The notes under the pieces are model-generated. The model searched no databases. It saw nothing but the letters and a program-made list of their open reading frames with translations, and had not been told where the DNA came from. A stretch of DNA of 64,000 bases, from assembly GCF_009914755.1 (NCBI RefSeq), contig NC_060926.1; one strand, 5' to 3'. Position numbers and translations under genes: made by a program. This document shows, piece after piece, positions 56,401 through 64,000 of this stretch (its first letter is position 1; each line of letters starts with the position of its first letter). Origin of the DNA: the human T2T-CHM13v2.0 reference genome, Homo sapiens.

Positions 56401-57789
56401 GAGCCCTGATCTGGAAAGAATCTAGCTCCTATAAAGGCTGAGGATCTTTTGAGAACTCCAAGACACCATCATCCAGTCTCTGACTCTGGAACATCTGCTG
56501 GAATAAGGAAAAGTTCAGCCAGACACCTCGATACTCTGTGCAGCCAATCTGCAACCAGAGGCCTCCAAGCCTGGGGCCATGTCTACACAGTTCATGGAGA
56601 GGAGGCCTGGTTCATCTGAGTTATTACACCGTGTAGACAGCCACTTTGAGTCCTCAGGAAGCCAAAGCAGGGCTCTTAATTTCCCAGTGATCTGTGGCCT
56701 GAGGTTTCTGCATAGATCATTGCCAAAGTCCACTTTCTCGTGTTATAGAAGAAAGAATGTTCTTCTCAAAAGGAAAATCGTTTTTATTTGCTCCTGTGTA
56801 TCATCCTCTGATTGTCCCTTGTTTATAACCTTGATTGTTTCAGAATCTAGATTCTTGTCTCTAGCAAGATTACAACTTCCTTGAGTAGGAACAATGTTGT
56901 TAGTTTTTCTAACAACAACAAATGCTGAGGATGGTGCTATTCATTGACTCATGCATGTATGATCAGAGCACCACAGGGCTGATGTCTGGATATGGATTAG
57001 TGACCAGGATTATTATGTATCACGGGTGCTAGTCAAGGATGCTGGTCAGAGATGTAAGGAAGGGGCTTTCCTAAACAGGCTAGACACATGAGAGTCTCTG
57101 ACCCTTCCCTAACCACCAGCCTTCACCATTAACTATTTCTCTTTCAGTCTCTTTCTCTTTCAACTTGTTCCACATAATATTTGAGGTTTCATACAGATAC
57201 ACAGAAAATTGAACAACATTAAAAAATTGACAAAACGAGAATATCAGATTATCATTCTAAAAGGAACTCCCGGTCAGCATCACAAAAATTATTAACATTG
57301 TACTTGAGGCAGAGCATCTAGGACCGTCCCTAGTTCCTGGCGCCTCTGGCGGCCTCGCCTTTGCTCAGGGCACCAAACAGAACATGTGGGAGGTGGGACC
57401 CAGTGGAAGTGGCACAGGATGCCCATGTGTACAGGGCACATGATGAAGGTGCCACAATGTTCCTGGGCATGGAAACCAAAGCCACTCTCAGGGAATAGAA
57501 GAATACGTGCCCTTCTGAATGGAAGTAGATTTAAAAGGCACCCTCCTTCTTCTAAGCTCTGTCACCATATTCAATGGCACGTCACATCATGATGGGATTT
57601 GTAGCTTGAAGCCAGTGATGCCACCAAATTGCTGTGTGACCTTAGTAAGTTATATCACCTCACTGAATCCCAGCTTTTTCATCTGTAAAATGGGGATAAG
57701 ACCAGTTGTCTTGCAGGGTTTTGTAAAGAATTCCTGTCAGTCTCTGAGTGACTTGCCTGATTTTCCTCCTCAGTCTGGGAACTGCAAAA

Positions 57790-59080
<1,291 letters not shown>

Positions 59081-59502
59081 AAGGATTGTAGCTATGCATT
59101 GCCCACAGGACTGGGCTGTCCCATGAGCAGAGTGAAAGTCATTTCCCCATACTGGTCAGGGAGCTTTCTAAGGGAAGTGGTGACATTTTGAGAGTTCCAA
59201 ACAATAAGTAGCTACTGTTATTTTTATCATTGTTGCAATCATCTTGTTTCCATCTGAGGGAAAAGCCAGGAGGAAGCTGAATAGGGGAAGTTCTGGGGCT
59301 CTTGGAACATTTGTTGTGCATGCAACAATTCCCAACTGGTAGTGTCTGTCCCTGCCTCCCTAAGTCCCAGGACATGTCTGATGCATTCCCATGAGACTTA
59401 CAGGAGATGATTAATCTGTGATTGCTGATGTAGGGCTGAGGAATTTGGGTCTTGACTCTCCCTTCTGGGAACTGAGGGAGACACTCCCTCAGAGATCTAG
59501 AA

Positions 59503-59645
59503 ATAGTGATGACATGATTTATCATCAAAACAGGGTCACTCTTGAGAGTAAAAGAGGACACTATTAATCATCACACTGGAACAACAGGCACAATGACAGG
59601 TATAAACTGGGACTGTCCTTTCTACAAAGCATGTGAAATCTACTT
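59503..59645 (+). mobile_element. MER81-like MITE
   Basis: atgatttatcatcaaaacagggtcactcttgagagtaaaagaggacactattaat...aaactgggactgtcc. Confidence 0.6.
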
Positions 59646-61506
59646 CTCAGGGCCACCTCTTCAGCCGTCTCTCAGCTCCTGTTCAGTTCATCTCCCATTT
59701 TCTTCAACACAAGTTTGCTAAAGTCTGGGGAGGAGCTGAACAGTGGTCAGAGGGGCAGGACTCAATAAGGCCATCCCTAAGGCCCTTATGGGCACAATCA
59801 GGAAGCCCTCAGATCCTGCACCTGCTGGGGAAAGTGTATTCCCAGCCTTTGCAGAACCCCTAGTCTGATAGGAGAGCCACGGGCCTTAACCTTGGTGAGT
59901 GCCTAGTCCGATGGGGGCAATGCAGACCCTTCTCTTGGGGAGCTCACACAGTACTGTGAGCGTGCCTGGACATTCTCACATCCTCAATCCCTTAAGCCTT
60001 TTTTCTGGGGAATAACCACTGCCATCAGTTTCTTGTGTCTCTTGTGTGAGCAGGCAATGCAAATTAGACATTTATTTTTTTGTATCATCTGCTGCAGTGT
60101 GATCAGCTGCTGGCCCGGAGCACCTGCACTGGTATCCACTGAGATGTGACTGGTCCCACGAAGTGCTGGCAGCCTCTGTCGTTGACCTCAGAGATTGCAA
60201 AGGCTTTCAGAATCAAGATTCTGCCCTCGGTGGCCTTTTATTCTAAGTCCAAGCTTCTCCTAGTGCTTCGGTCTAGTCCCCTGGTGCATTCATAGCTCCT
60301 TGGTGCCCCAGAACTCCCAGTGCCTTTGCCACATCTTATTGAGATATGCCCTCAGGTCCACCTGCCTCTCCTATGTGGCCCCCTTTTGCTGCTTAACCAG
60401 GTGAGCCATGACATTAAGCTGAAGGCTCATCTCCCCGTAGTAGTTTCCTGGAAAAGCAGCACAAGAGCCCCTGCCTGGTCCAATTTCCCACATTCCTGTC
60501 TTGGTACACCGCAAGGGGAGTGCGCCTCTGAACACTCACTCTGCTCAACCACTCCCTCCTTCCAGCACCTCCTGGCTGGCTGCTCCTTTAGCACTAGGAA
60601 GGGCCACCCCTTAGTCGATCACTTTATGTCATTTTATTGTCAATAACTCTGTGGCCTGCCCTCCAAACTTTGGTTCTTGAAATATGAAAATCCAGCTTTG
60701 GGAGTTGTGAGATGCACCCACTTTCTACTTCTGGAAATGTTGAACTTTCAAGAGTGTGTGCTCATTCTGAACCTTACAAGGTCCAGAAATCAAAACGGAA
60801 AAAGACTTCCCTGTTCTAAGCCAATCCAACCTTCCCGCACCCTGATGTGACAGCAAGCACTTTGCACAAGCCCAAGGATTCCGGACTAGACTTGATGGCC
60901 CAGGGTCAGGGAAAGAAAATGGAAAAAAAGAGAGAGAATTAGAAAGACAGAAATTACATGGGGTGATACTTCAAAAACATTACTGGGTTATAATAAGGCT
61001 CCGTTGTATGAATGGATCATAATTTATTTAACTGGCTTCCTATTAAGAAACATTCAATGTTTTTCTAGTGTTTTCCTTACAAACTCTGCCTCCATGAACA
61101 TCCTTGACCACATCTATAAGAATACCTATGAAATAAATGCTTATAAGAGGACTCACTGAACCAAAAGACAGCTATATTCACAGATATGGCCAAATTGTTC
61201 TTCAAAGGAAGAGATGATTTACATTGCCATCAATTTTGCATGAGAATGCCTATTCTCCTGATACTTTTGCCAGTAATATTTTTTCAAGCTTTTATTATTT
61301 TTTCCAATCTGACCGATTTAAAAAAAGAAACACTAACTTGCATTATCGTTTGTTTATAACCCACTTCCGATGCTTTAGACTCCCTGTTTATGTGCTTTGT
61401 CCGTTCTCCTTGTAGTATTTTCATTTGTTTGTGGACTCTTAACATATTAAGAACATCAGCCCTTTGTGAAATGTGTTTTAACCGTTTTTTTTTGTCTTAC
61501 CCTCTT

Positions 61507-61792
61507 TTTTTTTGAGATGGAGTCTCGCTCTGTCACCCAGGCTGGAGTGCAGTGGTGTGATCTCAGCTCACTGCAACCTCCACCTCCTGGGTTCAAGCAA
61601 TTTTCTGTCTCAGCCTCCCTAGTAGCTGGGATGACAGGCACCTGCCATAATACCCAGCTAATTTTTGTATTTTTAGTAGAGATGGGGTTTCACCATCTTG
61701 GCCAGGCTGGTCTTGAACTCCTGATCTCGTGATCCACCCGCCTCAGCCTCCCAAAGTGCTGGGATTACAGGCGTGAGCCACCGCACCTGGCG
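61507..61792 (-). mobile_element. AluS
   Basis: Full dimer; TSD tctta[c/t]cctctt. Confidence 0.93.
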
Positions 61793-62272
61793 TCTTATCC
61801 TCTTAAATTAAAACTTTGCTTACAGTATGTTCTCCCCATACAGCTATCTCTCATGTAGTCAAACTGATAGCTTCTATGTTTTGGTGTTGCTTGGAAAATT
61901 CTTCCCCATTCCAGAATGCAAAAAATAAACTAAAACATACCACCTTTCCTTCAGGTATTTCCCACTTTTTATTTTAATGCTATATATCTGATTCATCAGC
62001 ATTTACTTTTTTGGTAAGGAGTTCCTAACCAGTTGTCCCAACATAATTTATTAAATAATCTATCTTTTCTGGTATAAAGCCTACCTTATTCTACACCTTG
62101 AATTTTAATGTTTATTTTCATATTTGTGGATTCTCTCTTCTCTTCCATTGCTGTTACTTAGTGATAGGTAGATAAGAGAAAACTCAGTTACAGTACCTTT
62201 ATAGTACTTTATAATATATTGTAAGATAGTTCCCCCTCCATAACTCTTCATTTTCACTTTCGAGGCTATTCT

Positions 62273-62307
<35 letters not shown>

Positions 62308-62523
62308 ACATAAATTTCAGAAGAAAATTGTATCTAATTTTCTCCTCTCAAAAAAATTCTGTTAGTGTTTTTATTGAACTTGCATTCAATTTATAGATTC
62401 ATTTAGGGACAATTGATGTTGTTATAACATTGAATATCATTATTGAAGACATTCATTCATGTCTCTTAAAAATATACTTCAGTAGAATTTACAAGTTGTT
62501 TTTTTTCACATGGAGTCTTAAGA

Positions 62524-62827
62524 TTTTGTTCGTTTGTTTTTAGAGACAGAGTCTCACTCTGTCACCTAGGCTGGAGGGCAGTGGTGCAATCACAGCTCAC
62601 CATAGACTCAAACTCCTGGAATCAAATGATGCCCCCACCTCAGCTTCCCAAGTAGCTGGGATTACTGGTGCAAGCCATCATGCCCAGCTAATTTTAAAAA
62701 ATTATTTGTTAGAAATGGGCTCTCACTACGTTGCTCAAGCTGGCCTTGAACTACTGACCGCAAACAATCCTCCCACCTTGGCTGCCCAAAGTGCTGAGAT
62801 TACAGGCATGAGCCACCATGTTGGGCT
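62524..62827 (-). mobile_element. AluJ
   Basis: caatcacagctcaccatagactcaaactcctgg; TSD gagtcttaa. Confidence 0.88.
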
Positions 62828-63734
62828 GAGTCTTAACACATTTTCGTTACATTTATTTCCAGGTATTTCATCTCTTTGCAGTCTTAATGAGGTATTTTCT
62901 TATGTGTATTATCTATCCTAATTGATAGTTGTTTCTATAAAGAAAGCTACAGTTGCATATTAATTTTGCTACCAGCCATCTTACAGGATTTTCTTTATGT
63001 TTTTATTATTATTTCAGTTGATTCTTTTGAGCTTTCCAGGTAAGTAATCACAAATCTGCAAATAATGGTAATTTCTATAAAATTGTTAATCATTTTACAT
63101 ATAAGATATCACTAAAATCATCCCCTTCTCTGCCCCTAAATGCACCTGAAATAGCCATTGAGATGGCTTTCTCAACATCCCTTCACTCTTCCCTCAATTG
63201 ACCCTTCAGCGTCCCCACCTTGCCTGCATTGTCCATGTGCTTTGGGAAAAGCTGCTTTCCCTTGCTTCTGGCAGTGAGGCATGTGGCTCACACCTACAGT
63301 AACCATGACAATCCTTCTACCACCCCTGGCCACAGATAAACACTCAGAGTTGGACATGTGGTCCAAGTTGGAGTGTGATGGGGGCTTCTGGATACGAGTC
63401 CATCACTCTTTCTAGGCAGTGAGGAGGCATTAGCAACCTTCAACTCCCAAAAGAACCCAAATCAGGATATAGCTGGCAGCAGAAAGATTGAACAATTGGT
63501 GGCATCATTGAGCTACTGAACTAAACCAACCCTATAGGCCATCCTCACTTTGAACTTACAACTAAAGCACCAATGGCTCCCCTGTTGTGTAAGCCAATTT
63601 AAGATAGGTGTTCTGATACTTGCAACTGAACACACTGTAGTCCACACACCACTATCAAAAGTTAGTCAAGCTCAGTGACCTTAAAGATTGCCTGGGTCTT
63701 AGGTCAGAATCCCTAGAAAGGGCCTCAGACTTCT

Positions 63735-64000
63735 CAATTTCTCCAAATGGATCATAGACCTTAATTGAAAATCTAAAGCTATAAAACTTATAGAAGAAAC
63801 CATAGGAGAAAATCTTTGTGACCTTGGGTTAGTCAAAGAATTTAAAAATAGAACACCAAAAGCACGACACATAAAAGAAAAATAAATAAATAAATTGAAT
63901 TTCAAAAATAAGAACATACTCATCAAAAGCCACTCGTAAGAGAGTGAAAATACAAATCATAAACTGAAAGAAAATATTTGGACATCACATAGCTGATAAA
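63735..64000 (+). mobile_element. L1M ORF2 fragment running off the window
   Basis: aaatggatcatagacctta...ataggagaaaatctttgtgaccttgggttag. Confidence 0.8.

Larger units (their letters stand above)
60960..63085 (-). mobile_element. Decayed L1M ORF2/3' region hosting two Alus
   Basis: ccatgaacatcctt..., ttgcattcaatttatagattcatttaggg, tctgcaaataatggtaattt. Confidence 0.7.

Noticed and set aside
57336-57357. GGCGCCTCTGGCGGCC as a CTCF site
   Set aside because: Lacks one G of the core, which breaks the register

Overview
This is primate, most likely human, non-coding genomic DNA. I find no credible cellular protein-coding gene, RNA gene, CRISPR array or prokaryotic-type system. The first ~4.8 kb is a CpG-island cluster of the kind seen beside developmental transcription-factor genes, with an embedded AT-rich module carrying Sox-Oct, TCF/LEF and homeodomain motifs; I cannot assign the locus. 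The rest is repeat-rich intergenic sequence: a full-length L1HS/pre-Ta-like LINE-1 (41037-47077, minus; ORF1 and ORF2 dead, ORF0 intact), an LTR12/HERV9 env remnant, Alus, old L1M/L2/MIR, MaLR LTRs, DNA-transposon fossils and a ~1.1 kb AT-rich minisatellite. The most unusual signals are rearrangement scars: a 68-bp templated insertion copied from 3.6 kb upstream, an inverted duplication of an Alu/flank junction, an L1 3' transduction, a one-LTR ERV inside an otherwise continuous MIR, and two Alus inserted at one target site. Repeat family names come from my recollection of consensus sequences, not a database search. Boundaries of old repeats are approximate.
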